A stretch of 64,000 nt of DNA from Octopus vulgaris (lineage: Eukaryota), in contig OX597823.1 of the NCBI GenBank assembly GCA_951406725.2, forward strand, positions 33,232,001 through 33,296,000. Direction: 5' to 3'. This document shows positions 38,723 through 52,424 of this stretch, piece by piece (positions within the stretch are counted from its first letter, which is position 1; each line of letters opens with the position of its first letter). Below the pieces are notes generated by a model. It did no database searches and was not told where the DNA came from. It saw nothing but the letters and a program-made list of their open reading frames with translations. The translations under genes were made by a program, and so were the position numbers.

Positions 38723-39235
38723 TCTATATATATAAAACTGTAGTTGTGTGAGTGTCTGTCCCCTTCGATTTAGATTCCTAACTACTCCCACATTTTGCGG
38801 TGCAGTTTAACCAAATTCGGGTATCTTATAGTCGTGATTCATATCGAGCCCGTCTGGGTATTAGCGCGCGTCTACGATGAGTCTACGATTTTTAAAATAA
38901 TTTAACATCATTTTTTATTCCATTTTAATGCATAATTTTTCGTGTGTCGATGGCGGCGGAGTTGGCGTCCATGGTCACAGCTGCACCTGTTTGCTTCTCC
39001 CCCTTCTTCCCTCCCTCGTGAAGCTGTGGGGAAGGGAGTGTAAGGAAATCAACGTCGTAAAGCGTTGTCAAGGAGACCAGCGTTCTTTTAGAACAACGAC
39101 TTCATGGCTTGAAGACACCAAAACAGAAATGGCTAAGAAAGCCCGAATTGGCATCTATAAGGGAAGTAACTCTCTAAAAATGCTTATATAGTTATTTCCC
39201 TTACAAACCCGAGCAACGCCGGGCGATACTGCTAG
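38723..39235 (+). mobile_element. Young non-autonomous Helitron, 513 bp
   Basis: A|TCTATATAT...CCCGAGCAACGCCGGG-cgatactg-CTAG|T. Confidence 0.92.
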
Positions 39236-39534
39236 TATATATATATATATATATATCTCATCATCATCATTATCGTTTAATGTCCATCTTCCATGCATGC
39301 ATGGGTCAGACAGACAGACAGACAGCCACACACACACACACACACACACATGCTAATAACTAACTACAAGACCTTAGATTCAACTAACCTCTATTCTTCA
39401 TTTACCTCACAATGGATTTAATGAACTTTGAACCCAACTAAAATGTAAGACTTTCGAATCATTGAACTTTTTCATTTTCGATTCCTCCCTCTATCTTTCA
39501 CTCTATTCTCCTCCTTGTCTATCTATGACTTCTT

Positions 39535-39612
39535 CCTTCTGATGACGTCTACCATTTGCAAAAGGCAAATCCATATTTACCTCAACATGGTACACAGAAA
39601 CAGCTGTAAACT
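39535..39612 (+). ncRNA. Type I hammerhead with extended stem II in a Penelope-like fragment (39350-39860)
   Basis: CTGATGA-CGTC-TACCAT...ATGGTA-CACA-GAAAC-AGCT-GTA; core intact, stem I eroded. Confidence 0.65.
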
Positions 39613-39853
39613 CACTCTTACCCTCACCTTGCTTAATTAATTGAATAGTGACTTTTTAGCACCAAAGACACACTTCTCACTGTTATTTTTCCTCCATTTT
39701 CTTATCGTTTATATATACATTAACTATGGTTTACCGTTTAAATTACCTACTACCATATATATACCTTATAACAAGGACCATACTTACTGAGGTAATTACC
39801 AAGAGTGTTTTTGGATACATCTATCCCTTTGAGGGTTTAAACACCTCTAACTT

Positions 39854-39887
<34 letters not shown>

Positions 39888-40300
39888 CAAATTGAGATAG
39901 GGGTTGTAAATGCAACCCTCCATGGGATAACATATATCCAATATACTGCTAGTGAAGTACCCAACAAAGTTAATACATAAATGTTAATGATTGCGATGCA
40001 ATTAATTCATTTATTGTATTATATGGGCAAAGGTAAAATGATTTACCACAAATTACTAATACAAGATAAGAAAATGGAGAAATACATCTAAATCAAATAT
40101 CAATTACCAGATAATACTCAATCACATACTTTATTAAACCACCACATAAGAGACTGTAGGGTTAAATATAAAAAGCAGAACAAATCAGTGTACATAAAGG
40201 AATGTACATAAAAAAGTGTACATAAAAGAGCAGTGTTGTATAATAAGTAGAATATATAAAAGAGAATATAAATATAAGTAAATATAAATATAAGTATAGA

Positions 40301-40438
40301 TTACATCTTACAGCTGCTTCGGCCATGTAGATAAATATGTCTCATTTTACCAATATTAGCCCTTTATGGTTGGTCAATATATAGATATAAATGAGACATT
40401 TACAAAAATATCATAAGGCCTCTTTGGAGATTATGTAA
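40301..40438 (-). ncRNA. Degenerate type I hammerhead with ~100-nt stem II in a Penelope-like fragment (39887-41069)
   Basis: TTACATA-ATCT-CCAAAGA-GGCC...AATGTCTCATTT...AAATGAGACAT...GGCC-GAAGC-AGCT-GTA-AGAT-GTAA. Confidence 0.65.
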
Positions 40439-40609
40439 TATAAATCAGTCTACATATATACCCACATGGGTGTGGGTGCATACCCATAATACAACATATA
40501 CATATACATATGAGTGCATATACTCACACTCTTATACATATAAAAATATACATATACATAATGATATAAATAAATAATATAAATTAGTAAACATATATAT
40601 GTGTTCCAC

Positions 40610-41069
40610 ATTCAATGTCTCAGTTTTTCGACTTAATATTGTGATAATAAACATACACAAATTAGTACCTAGATGCAAATATACATAGTCAATTGTACAT
40701 TATATTACTTCATAATAATTTCTAAAGTGTCATAAAAGTTAGCATCATTATCGTTGTCAATACCATTAATGATAATTTTAAATTCAAATCCAATAGTGTA
40801 TTTATGTCATAAGGAAATTACTAATTGGAACCCGGACATACATATATACTGCTCTGGATATCTAATGTAAGCGTTATTAATAATATTATGAATGATAATA
40901 ATAGTAACATTAATGGTATTGACAACGATAATGATGCTAACTTTTATGACACTTTAGAAATTATTATGAAGTAATATAATGTACAATTGACTATGTATAT
41001 TTGCATCTAGGTACTAATTTGTGTATGTTTATTATCACAATATTAAGTCGAAAAACTGTGACATTGAAT
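40610..41069. repeat. 162-bp near-perfect inverted repeat with ~136-bp spacer
   Basis: 40610-40771 versus 40908-41069; one mismatch seen. Confidence 0.95.
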
Positions 41070-42629
41070 AAGCAGATTCATCACACTTTCCTTTGATATA
41101 AAAATTACATTCAAAAAATTTCACACTGATTCTTAAAATCATATAACTTAGAAAAATGTCTTTGCAAAAGTCTACACCCACCAGATATTATACTGTGTTA
41201 TCAGGTAGTTTGTCATTGATGTGTACAATCCAAAACAATAAAAAATGACATGTGCATTCTACCATAACAAACAAACTTGGCCAGTCTATTATTTTGCTAT
41301 AAGAGGTGATTTAGCTGTCTACAAAATCATTCACCACATGGCTTTTTGGTATGTTGGTCTTTGGACTCTGGCTGTAAACACAAGGTGTCCAACTTGGGAA
41401 AAAAATTGGGCAAGCCTATGTCTCAGGAAGTTAAAACCCTTATTATTCAAAAGTACAATGAAAATAATGGCTATAAAAAGATAAAAACTTTAGAATTACC
41501 CCTAAGCACTGTTAAAACTGTAGTTAAGAAGTGGTTAGTTCACAAAACCACTGCTACCCTACTAAGATCTGGGAGACCGAGCAAACTTACCAGAAGAGCA
41601 AAGTCAAAACTGGTCCAAGAGGCAACCTCTAACCCTAGTGCAACACTGGAAGACTTGAAAGCTTCAGTTTCCAGCACTGTAACAGATGTCCATGCATCTA
41701 CAATTTCCAGAATATTGCACCGGTCTGGCCTGCAAGGGAGGGTAGCTAGAAAAAAATTCCCTTCTGAAGCCTATACACAAGCAAGCTAGGCTAAACTTTG
41801 CCAAAAGTCACATTAATGATTCCATGACCATGTGGGCAAAAGATTTTGTGATCAGATGAGACCAAAGTTGAGTTATTTGGAAAAATATGAAACGCTATGT
41901 TTGGCAGAAAAAAGGCACTGTTCACCAACCTTGTTACATCGTCCTCACTGTAAAGCATGGTGGTGGCTAATCATGCTTTGGAGTTGTTTTTCAACTGCAG
42001 GGCCTGGAAAGTTGGTAACCATCCAAGGTATCATGGACAGTGTAAAGTACCAAGAAATATTGGAGGCAAAACTGCTGAAATCTGCTAGAGCTCTGCACTA
42101 GGATCACAATTTCAAGTTTCAACAGGATAACGACCCCAAGCATGTGTCAAAAAGCACTAAAGCTTGGTTTGCTAGCAAGAAAATCACAGTTTCGGAGTGG
42201 CTCAGCCAGTCTCCAGACCTCAATCCTATAGAAAATCTATGGCGAGATCTAAAGCTGACTGTGCACCAACATTCCTCATACAGTTCTGCCATGAAGAATG
42301 GTGAAAACTGTCAGCAGACCACTGCAGCAAGCTCCTGGAAGGCTACCCGAGGCATCTGCTGGCTGTAATTGATGCAGCAGGATCATCCACAAAGTATTAG
42401 TTGAAGACATTCCAAAGGGGGTATAGACTTTTGAAAAGACATATTTCAAAATTATCCTTGTTTAAGAATCAGTTTAAAATTTTTTAAATGTATTTTGTGT
42501 ATTGAATAAAAGTGTGATAGATCTCCTTATTAAAACAAATTATTGGAGTTTAAAATATTAATTGTTCCTATCAAAATAAACAAAATACATCCAGTTTCCA
42601 AGGGGTGTGTTGACTTTTGCAAGGCACTG
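41070..42629 (+). mobile_element. Tc1-family transposon (IR-DR type) with frameshifted transposase; outer left TIR lost
   Basis: GYKKIKTLELPLSTV...[29 protein letters not shown]; right end ACTTTTGCAAGGCACTG|TA; inner DRs near 41155-41185 and 42415-42450. Confidence 0.93.
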
Positions 42630-43389
42630 TAAGATGGAGAAAGGATTGAATTAGGTTAGGCCTCGTACCATTCTTTGTTAGCCAAGCATGTGTGTGAATA
42701 TGCATGTGTATGTGTGTATGTTTGTGCATGTGTGTGTGTGTGAGTGCATGCGTGCAGGTATGAGCTGGTGTTTCCTTCCCTTAACATCACATGATAGTTG
42801 TAAATGAATGTCACCGTGATACAAGTGGTGTCATCTATCTCCAGTCTTCTGTGAAAACAGGTCCAGTCATGGAAAGAAAAAACAAAAAAATACCCTGTTT
42901 GGAAAGAAGTAAGGGTTGGCAACAGGAAGGACATCCACCTGCAGGAGACCTGCTTTAACAAATTCTATCCGACCCATGTGAGGAATGGAAAAGTGGGAAT
43001 TAAATGATGGTGGTGATGGCGGTACCAAGCATCTTCAGATCTATTTTCTGCTCAAAGATAGAGACCTTAGATTTGTAACTTGCCCCAAATTTTCCCATGT
43101 CTTCCTTCATCTGGCTTTTGTGCTTTTCACAAATCCTGCTTGTTCTGCTGATAATATGAGAAGTTATCAATGGCTCTTCCTTTGTCTTTTTGGTGGTGGC
43201 TCTTGAAAATATTCATTCTGTGTGTATTCTTGCTGTTAAATTCTTGTTCTTGTTTATCTTCTATAAATGAAGTTCTTTGCCTGCCTCTCTCTACCAATGA
43301 TGCCACTTTGACTTTAATATATGTGTGTGTATGTTTGAGGTCGAACTTTGTTCCTTTGTAATTGTGACACCATCATGTCTTTATGCGCG

Positions 43390-43438
<49 letters not shown>

Positions 43439-43486
43439 ATGTATACACATACATATGCATATACATACATGTACATATGTATATAC

Positions 43487-43549
<63 letters not shown>

Positions 43550-43588
43550 CATATGTATAATATATATATATATATATACATACATATG

Positions 43589-43634
<46 letters not shown>

Positions 43635-44439
43635 ATAAATACACATATACACACATATATATATATATATATATATACACATGTATATGTATGTGTATGT
43701 ATGTGTGTGTGAAAGTGTGTGTGTGTGTGTATTTATTCTATGCTGAACCCCCCACCCCACCCATCTCCATCACAAGGCTGAGTTTCATGTTTCCATTTTT
43801 CATGCTGTGAAAATAAAATAGCAAAGAAATAAAAACTATAAAAAACATCAAAATAAAATCAAAACTTGAAACATTAAACTTAGAACAGCAGCAGACAAAA
43901 GCTTTACCTCAAACACACACACACACACACACACACGCACAAACACGCACTCATACATACATACACACACATACATACATTCATACATACACACACATAC
44001 ATACATTTATACATACATACGTTCACACACACACTCACACACATACACACGTTCACACATACATACACACGTTCACACACACGTACACATATTCACACAT
44101 ACAACACACACACAACACACAACACACATGCACACACATACAACACAAACCCAAAGATACAGGCACACACACACAACACACACATACACACACATACACA
44201 CAACACAACACAAGCCCAAAGATACACACACAACACACCCACACACAGTTACACACACTTACACACGTGCACTACACACGTGTATTTACATAGGATATAT
44301 AATTCTTAAACGGGACTAAATATGTGGTCCTTAAAGGTGTAACTGACCTTCTGCATTATTCAATCGCCAGACACTTTTAACACAATGCTGTATTTAGCTC
44401 TTTCATGTTTTCACAGCACAAAAATAAACATAAGCCATT

Positions 44440-44478
<39 letters not shown>

Positions 44479-45216
44479 AAATATAGAAATGCAGAATTTT
44501 ATAAGATAACATTTCTTTTTTTTTTCTACTCTAAGCACATGGCCTGAAATTTTTGGGGAGGGAGCCAGTCGATTAGATCGACCCCAGTATGCAACTGGTA
44601 CTTAATTTATAAACCCCAGAAGGATGAAAGGCAAAGTCAACCTCGGTGGAATTTAGACTCAGAACGTAAAGACAGATGAAATACCGCTAAGCATTTTGCC
44701 TTGCAGGCTAATGTTTCTGCCAGCTCGCCACCTTAATAAGATGACATTTCTTCAAGAAACCAAGGAATTTCCAAGGTGAAAGAAAGATGTGTTTGGTATT
44801 TCCATGACTGAAAGGTTAATAAAATCCTATGTCAAAAATAATGTCAGTTAGCTGTTCCATAGGTGAAGTTTTTATGATAGTTGCTGGCAGCAAAGGATAA
44901 TTAAAATTACCTGTTATCCATTTTTATAATTACTCTGCCTTATGTTTAAATGATAAATCATAAATTAAATCTTTTTCAATAATGCTATATGTTTTGTTTG
45001 TTCATTACCTGTTTTCATGTATATCTACCTGCTCAATGATGAACCACTTCTAGCCACCTTTGATAGGCAATTTCAGCATCACTGTTCCAGCTGCAGTTTT
45101 AGTGGAAAACCAAACTGAGAAGTCATTACAGTTCTATATTTAAGAGATGAGGAATTATTTATATTATTTACATTATTTACATTTGACGGATATTTGTCCT
45201 CATCTTGTTTATTGTT

Positions 45217-45262
45217 AACACAACATTTTGGCTGATATACCCTCCAGCCTTCATCAGGTGTC
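45217..45262 (-). ncRNA. Minimal hammerhead, left arm of inverted pair
   Basis: GACAC-CTGATGA-A-GGCTG...CAGCC-AAAAT-GTT-GTGTT; two CpG-type lesions in GAAAC. Confidence 0.7.
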
Positions 45263-45358
45263 TTGGGGAAATTTTGAACCTGGGTTCTCATTCCTAAGGT
45301 ATTTTTCGATGTTATTAATATTATTAGGAATGAGAATCCAGGTTCGAAATTTCCCCAA

Positions 45359-45404
45359 GACACCTGATGAAGGGTGGAGTGTATATTAGGTGAAACGCTG
45401 TGTT
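45359..45404 (+). ncRNA. Minimal hammerhead, right arm of inverted pair
   Basis: GACAC-CTGATGA-AGGGTG...TAGGT-GAAAC-GCT-GTGTT; the consensus of both arms restores a canonical motif. Confidence 0.7.
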
Positions 45405-45511
45405 AACAACGAACAGGATGAGGACAAATATCTATCAAATGTAAATAATGTAAATAATGAGGAGTCATTGCAGTGCATTACATCGCTTGCTGAAATATTT
45501 TGTATAAATGT

Positions 45512-45543
<32 letters not shown>

Positions 45544-46036
45544 TGTATGTATGTATGTATGTGTGTGTGTGTGTGTGTGCATGCTGGCGAATGTGCATAT
45601 AAGTGTGTATGTGTGCGTATGTATGCATGTATGTGTGTGTGTATGTATGTGTGTGTATGTATGTGTATGTATGTATGTATATATGTATGTATATATGTGT
45701 GTGTGAGTGTGCATGTGTGCGAGTGTGTGTGTGTGTATGTATGTGTGTGCATGTATGTGTTTGTGTATGTATGTGTGTATGTATGTATGTCTGTGTATGT
45801 GTGTGAATGTGTGTGTATATATGAATGAATGTATGTGAGTGTATGTATGAGTGCGTGTGTATGTGTGTGCGTGTGTTTCCACACACATACACATTGCATA
45901 ATGGCCTCTTTCATGTATTGTTCAAATGATATTTTCTCACATAACACATTTCTTTCAAATATTAATTTATTGTTTTATTCATTGTCATTCTTAATATTTG
46001 AAAAAAAATCATGCTCAACACACACATGCACACACA

Positions 46037-46103
<67 letters not shown>

Positions 46104-46376
46104 CACACACACACGCATGAACACAAATATAAATTTGTGAAGATGTTCATTGAATAAACGAATGGCATATTTTAATAGTTTCAGAGTTTCATAGGAATTT
46201 TCTGTGTTACTTCAAAAGTGAAATAAGAGTGATATGAAAAAGGAAAGATCTTGGCAGCTTTCTCAAGTGTTTTAATGCAGAGAAGTTTGCTTCAGTACAC
46301 ACTGCAGTGCAGCATAAAGCTTGAAAAATATTTTGGGCTTTCCTAATTACGGATTTGCAGAACCTCAATTTATATG

Positions 46377-46453
<77 letters not shown>

Positions 46454-46542
46454 GGGAGAGTTTATGAAAAAAAACAAGACGAAGACAGGTGGTGTACAAA
46501 ACAAATAGATGTATTAGTATAATGCTCAGGAATAGAAAAAGT

Positions 46543-46578
46543 CTTTTATGTTTCGAGCCTACGCTCTTCTACAGAAAG
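46543..46578 (-). ncRNA. Minimal hammerhead, U6 variant, second copy of the 10-kb family (46455-46640)
   Basis: CTTT-CTGTAGA-A-GAGC gtag GCTC-GAAAC-ATA-AAAG. Confidence 0.65.
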
Positions 46579-46640
46579 GGACACAGAAAAAACAAGGAGA
46601 GAAAAAAATGTGTGTAATGGCTAACGATCTATCATGGCGA

Positions 46641-46734
<94 letters not shown>

Positions 46735-47365
46735 GCCTGCCTGCCTACCTGCCTGTCTGTCTATCTGTCTGTCTGTCTGTCTATCTATATACACATATGT
46801 ATATATATGTATAAGTATATATATACACGCACACACACATATATGTATGTATGTATATATAACGATAAAGCTCACTTGGAAATGGATGCGTGGCATTCAA
46901 TCAAATAATAATATAAATAACATATATATGCATATACACATACACATATATACATACAAACATATGTATATATATATGTGTGTGTATATGGGTACAGGAC
47001 ATCACAAAACGTAAACAACATGAAATGCAAAAATAATATGTGTATATATCATCCTCCTCCTCCTCATCATTTAACGTCTGCTTTCCATGCTAGCATGGGT
47101 TGGACGATTTGACTGAGGGCTGGCGAACCAGATGGCTACACCAGGTTCCAATCTTGATCTGGTAGAGTTTCTACAGCTTGATGCCCTTCCTAACGCCAAC
47201 CACTCTGAGAGTGTAGTGGGTGCTTTTACTTGCCACTGGCATGAGGGCCAGTGAAGTGGTACTGGTAACAGCTTTTAACAAAGAATAATATATGCAGCAT
47301 CCACTAAATGTGTCAAGAACCTCTTTCATTCGTTTCTCCACTCAGTTGTATACATATCTATCCAA

Positions 47366-47530
<165 letters not shown>

Positions 47531-49956
47531 CATCCATCTATCTGTCTGTCTACCTGTCTGTCTACCTGTCTGTCTATCTGTCTATCTATCTAGATCAGTA
47601 TGTATGTATACATATAAGCAGTTTTTCTTCAGTCAAATTCCATTTTCACAGCATTGATCAGCCTCTAAAGTCTATTACAAGAGACATTTGTGGTGGGATC
47701 AAACTGGTTGCGAGGTGAGTTTGTTGTTTATGCATCTACTCTTGAGCCTGTATCAATTAACCATTGACTAATATTGCTTTTACTCACCATGTCATCATCA
47801 TCAACATCGTTATCATCATCATCATCATCATCGTCATTGTCGTCGTCATCATCATCATCATCATTGTCATCATCGTCATTGTCATCATTGTCATAGTCAT
47901 TGTCATTATTGTTGTTACTGTCATCATCATCATTATCCTCTTCCTCCATCATCATCATCATTCTCTTCCTCTTCATTCTCATCATCGTTGTTGTCAGTAC
48001 CACCACCACCACCACCACCACCACCACCACCACCACAACCACCACCACCACCACCACAACCACCACCACCACCACCACCACCACCACCACCACTGCCACC
48101 ATCATCATCATCTTTTAATGCCTTTCTTTCCTGCTAGTACAGGTTGAATGACTTTAAAGTATCAGACAGGTCCAAGAACTGCATCTTGCTCCAAAATCCG
48201 TTTTGGTATGACTCCGGTTTCCATAACTGGACGGCCCTTTCTATCACCAATCATTTTACAGAGTGTACTGGGTGCTTTTTTGTGGGACCAGCACTAGTGA
48301 GGTCACCATGTGGCTCACAAAACCAAGATTACCTTTGATTGAGGGTAGGTACAGTATCAAGAGATGCAGCTTCATGCAGGGTAAGAAGGGGTTAAAGTAT
48401 GAAAGAAGGAGCTGAAGTAGGTTTCTTGCTGTGAAGGAGTGACATGGCTGTTTGCATTACAGAAGGAATAATCTAAGAGGAGGTGAAAAGAGAGATAATA
48501 GAATGGGGATGAAGTGTCAAGGCAGACCCTGTTGGTAGAAGAAGGTGAATAGAAGTGATTGGGGTCAGGAGAGGAAATGTGGGCGGACAGAAGTTGCAAG
48601 AGTGTATGGAGAAGGCGAGGGGGGGGTCAGCATCTTAATGTTGTATGTATTAAATGTGTTGACATTAAATTGTGTATTAATACTCGTTCAGTAAATAATA
48701 GTTCAAGAAAGTAGTTCCTTTAGTGAACTGTCTTAATCACGTTCTCAAGGAAGCAGTTTTATGAGAAAATAGTCCCTCAAAGTTAATTGTCCCTTAAGGA
48801 AACAATCTCAAAAAGAAAAGTAGTTTCTTGAGAATGAGCAAAAAAGTAGTTGAAGAGGTAAATATAATTTGAGAGATTAACTGATGTGAAAACAGTTCTC
48901 TTGGTAAAGAAACTGTTCCATTTAAAGACAGTCAAATTCTATTGCTGTGGCGACACAAGACTCTCTCTGTCTCTGTCTCTCTCTCTCTCTTCCCCCTCTC
49001 TCTCTCCCCTCCCTCTGTGTGTGTCATACAGAACTAATTATATATTCTTCAATCTTTCTATGTCACCTTCGCATGTTATAAATAAGAACACTTGAAAAGT
49101 CTATTTCCTTTGTCACTTAGAAAAATATTAATTCTCTTCAAATATACACCTTCACACACACACACACACACACGCACACACGTGCACACACACATGTATA
49201 CACATGGATACACTCAGATGTATATGTTTGTGAGTGAGTGTGTATATATGTCTTTGTGTATGTATGTATATACACAAATACATGCATATATCATCATCAC
49301 TGTCACTATTGCTGCTGCTGCTGATGCCATCATCATTGTCATCATCATCATCATTTTGCTATCACTACCACTACCACCACCACTGCTACCCCCTCCACCA
49401 ACAACACCATCCTCCTCCTCACCACCGCCGCCACCACCACCACCACCACCACCACCACCACCACCACCACCACCACCACCACCACCACACCACCACCATC
49501 ATCACCATCATCGTCGTCATCATTTTTCCACCACCACCACCACCACCATCACCATCATCGTCGTCATCATTTTTCCACCCCACCCCCACCACTACCACCA
49601 CCATCATTGTCATCAACATTGTTTTACATTCTCTTTTCCATGTTGTGATGGGTTGGACAGGTTTTCTGAGTCACTGTGTTATGGCCGTGTACCATTTCTG
49701 TTGCCGACCCTTTTAGACACCCCTTATGACATGAAGGTACATGATGTACTTACTCTAAAGCTTGGATAGGCAGAGTTCACACACACACACACACACACAC
49801 ACACATCCACATATGCATACATAGAAGAACAAGCACTTTCTTACACATACACACACGTACACATGCTAACATACATACACAGAAATACACGTAGATACAT
49901 GCACAATCACACATAAGAACACACATATATACACAAACACCTGATGATGATGATGA

Positions 49957-50003
<47 letters not shown>

Positions 50004-50034
50004 CACATATATATATACATATATATATATATGT

Positions 50035-51975
50035 CATCATCATCATCATCGTTTAACATTCATTTTTCACACTAGAATGAGTTAGACAGTTTGACCGTGG
50101 TCTGGGAAGCCAGGAGGCTGCGTCAGGCTCCAGTCTGATCTGGCAGTTTTTCTACAGTTTTTCCACAGAGGAGGCTGGCAATGGCCATGATTGCTTAGTG
50201 TTTTTCATGTGCCACCGGCATGGAATCCAGTCAAGGTGGCGCTGGCATTGGCCACACTTGGATGGTGCTTTTTATGTACCACTGGCACGGGTATCACAAC
50301 TACAATTTCCATTTGATTCTTATTTTGATGTTGATGTACTTGACTCTATAGGTCTCCTCAAGCACAGCAGGTCGCCCTACGATCAAAAAGGTACTTTTGA
50401 ATGAGCTGGGGCTGGTTATGTGAAACTGGTGTAGGATACAGCCGTGAACTCACTTTATTTGTCAGGTCTTCACAGTCACAGCATATCTCCAGAGGTCTTG
50501 GCCTTTCGTCATTGCCTCTGTGAGGCCCAATGATTGAAGGTCATGCTTGACCACCTCATCCCATGTCTTCCTGGCTCTACTTCTGCTCTGGATTCCTTCA
50601 ACTGTTTGAGAGTGGCACTTCACACATCTCTCCTCATCCATCTGTAGTACATGACCATACCAGCGCAAACGTCTCTCATGCACGCCACATCCGATGCTTC
50701 TTATGTCCAACTTTTCTCTCAGGGCGCTTACACTCAGTCATGTGTGTACACTTACATTACACATCCAGAGGATCATGTTAACTTCATTTCTTTCGAGCCT
50801 ATGCATGCCCTCCACAGTCACGGCCCATGTTTCACTGTAAAGCATGGTAGTTTGCACACATGCGTCATACAATCTACCTTTCACTTTGAGCAAGAGGCCC
50901 TTTGTCACCAGTAGGGTAAAATCTTTCTAAACTTTGCTCAGGCTATTCTTATTCTAGTGCTAACACTCTCTGACAATCCACTGCCACTACTAACTTGGTC
51001 ACCTATGTAGCGGAAGCTATCAACTACTTCTAGTTTCTCCCCCTGGAGTGTGATGGAATCTGTTTTCTGAGCATCTGTGGTGTTTATTGCCCCTGTGCAT
51101 CTGCCACACATGAAAGCTGTCTTCTTTATTAATCTTCGTTTGATGTTGCTGCATGTCTTATGTGTCCATAGCTTACACTGGGTACGTCTTATGGATTTTC
51201 TACCTACACCTTTTCTACAGATCGAGCAGGGCCACCTACCTGAGGGTGTGTGTGTGTGTGATGAGTTCGCCTTCCTACTTACTAGAACTTTGGTCTTTGC
51301 TACATTGACTCTAAGGCCTTTTGATTCTAAACCTTGCTTCCATACCCAGAATTTCTTTTCTAGTTCCAGTAGTGATTCTGCTATGAGGGCCAGGTCATCA
51401 GCATAGAGGAGCTGCCAGGGGCAACCCGTCTTGAATTGTTATTGCCTGGAGGACTATGATGAATAAAAGAGGACTGAGGGCTGAACCTTGGTGGACCCCT
51501 ACTTCTACCTGGATTTCTTCACTATACTCATTGCTAATCCTAACCTTACTAACAGCCTCTCTTTATAGGGCCTCTATAGCCCTTATTAAACATTCGTCAA
51601 TCTCCAGTTTCTGCATTGCCAACCAGATAAGGGACCGGGGGACCCTGTCAAAGGCTTTCTTCAAGTCCACAAAAGCTAAGTATAGGGGTTTATCTTTAGC
51701 TAAGTATTTCTCCTGCAGTTGTTGAACCAGGAATATGGCATCAGTGGTTCTTCTACCTGGTACAAAACTGAACTGTATCTCATCTAAGCAGACTCTCTCT
51801 CTAATGAGATGGGCTATGACCCTCTCTGTGACCTTCATCACCTGATCCAGCAGTTTGATACCCCTGTAGTTATTTCTATCTAGAGCATCCCCTTTACCCT
51901 TGTAGCAGTTGACTATAGTGCTGCTACGCCAATCATTGTGTATGACTCCATCATGAACTACCTGGTTTACAATGT
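50035..51975 (-). mobile_element. 5'-truncated RTE LINE (family A)
   Basis: NYRGIKLLDQVMKV, QFSFVPGRRTTDAIF, AFVDLKKAFDRVPR, LYADD, RRLRWYGHV; (CAT)n tail. Confidence 0.95.
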
Positions 51976-52110
51976 GGATATTTGTTTTGGAGTCTCGCAA
52001 TACCATGTACACCTATGAGGATTTACTTTCCCAATGAAACTTGGTTTTTTCTCAAACTTTTTCTCAAACTTGTTATAATGTGATACATGTCTTTGGTATA
52101 GTAATTGTAC

Positions 52111-52197
52111 GTGGCTGAAGAAGGCTTTTGATCTACCTGTTATATCAATTATGCATTGATATAAGTTGTTCAATAAAGCCTGAAACATATGTACCGC
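52111..52197 (+). ncRNA. Intact minimal type I hammerhead ribozyme, extended stem II
   Basis: GTGG-CTGAAGA-AGGCTTT...TTATATCAAT tatgc ATTGATATAA...AAAGCCT-GAAAC-ATAT-GTA-CCGC; all core bases present; predicted cleavage after A52193. Confidence 0.88.
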
Positions 52198-52292
52198 AAA
52201 CTCCTTTGCATCCTGTTTTTCTTTTGATACATATATATATATTCATATTCTGTTGAACCCTGGGAGGAGCAGACCAAATAAAAAATACATAC

Positions 52293-52364
<72 letters not shown>

Positions 52365-52388
52365 CATATATATTTAGAAATGTATGTT

Positions 52389-52424
<36 letters not shown>

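Noticed and set aside
43030-43320. Possible piggyBac-like C-terminal relic on the minus strand (PPPKRQRK...ICEKH)
   Set aside because: Too fragmentary to support.
45008-45115. Minus-strand exon candidate (WNSDAEIAYQRWLEVVHH*)
   Set aside because: Stops in all frames and poor acceptors.
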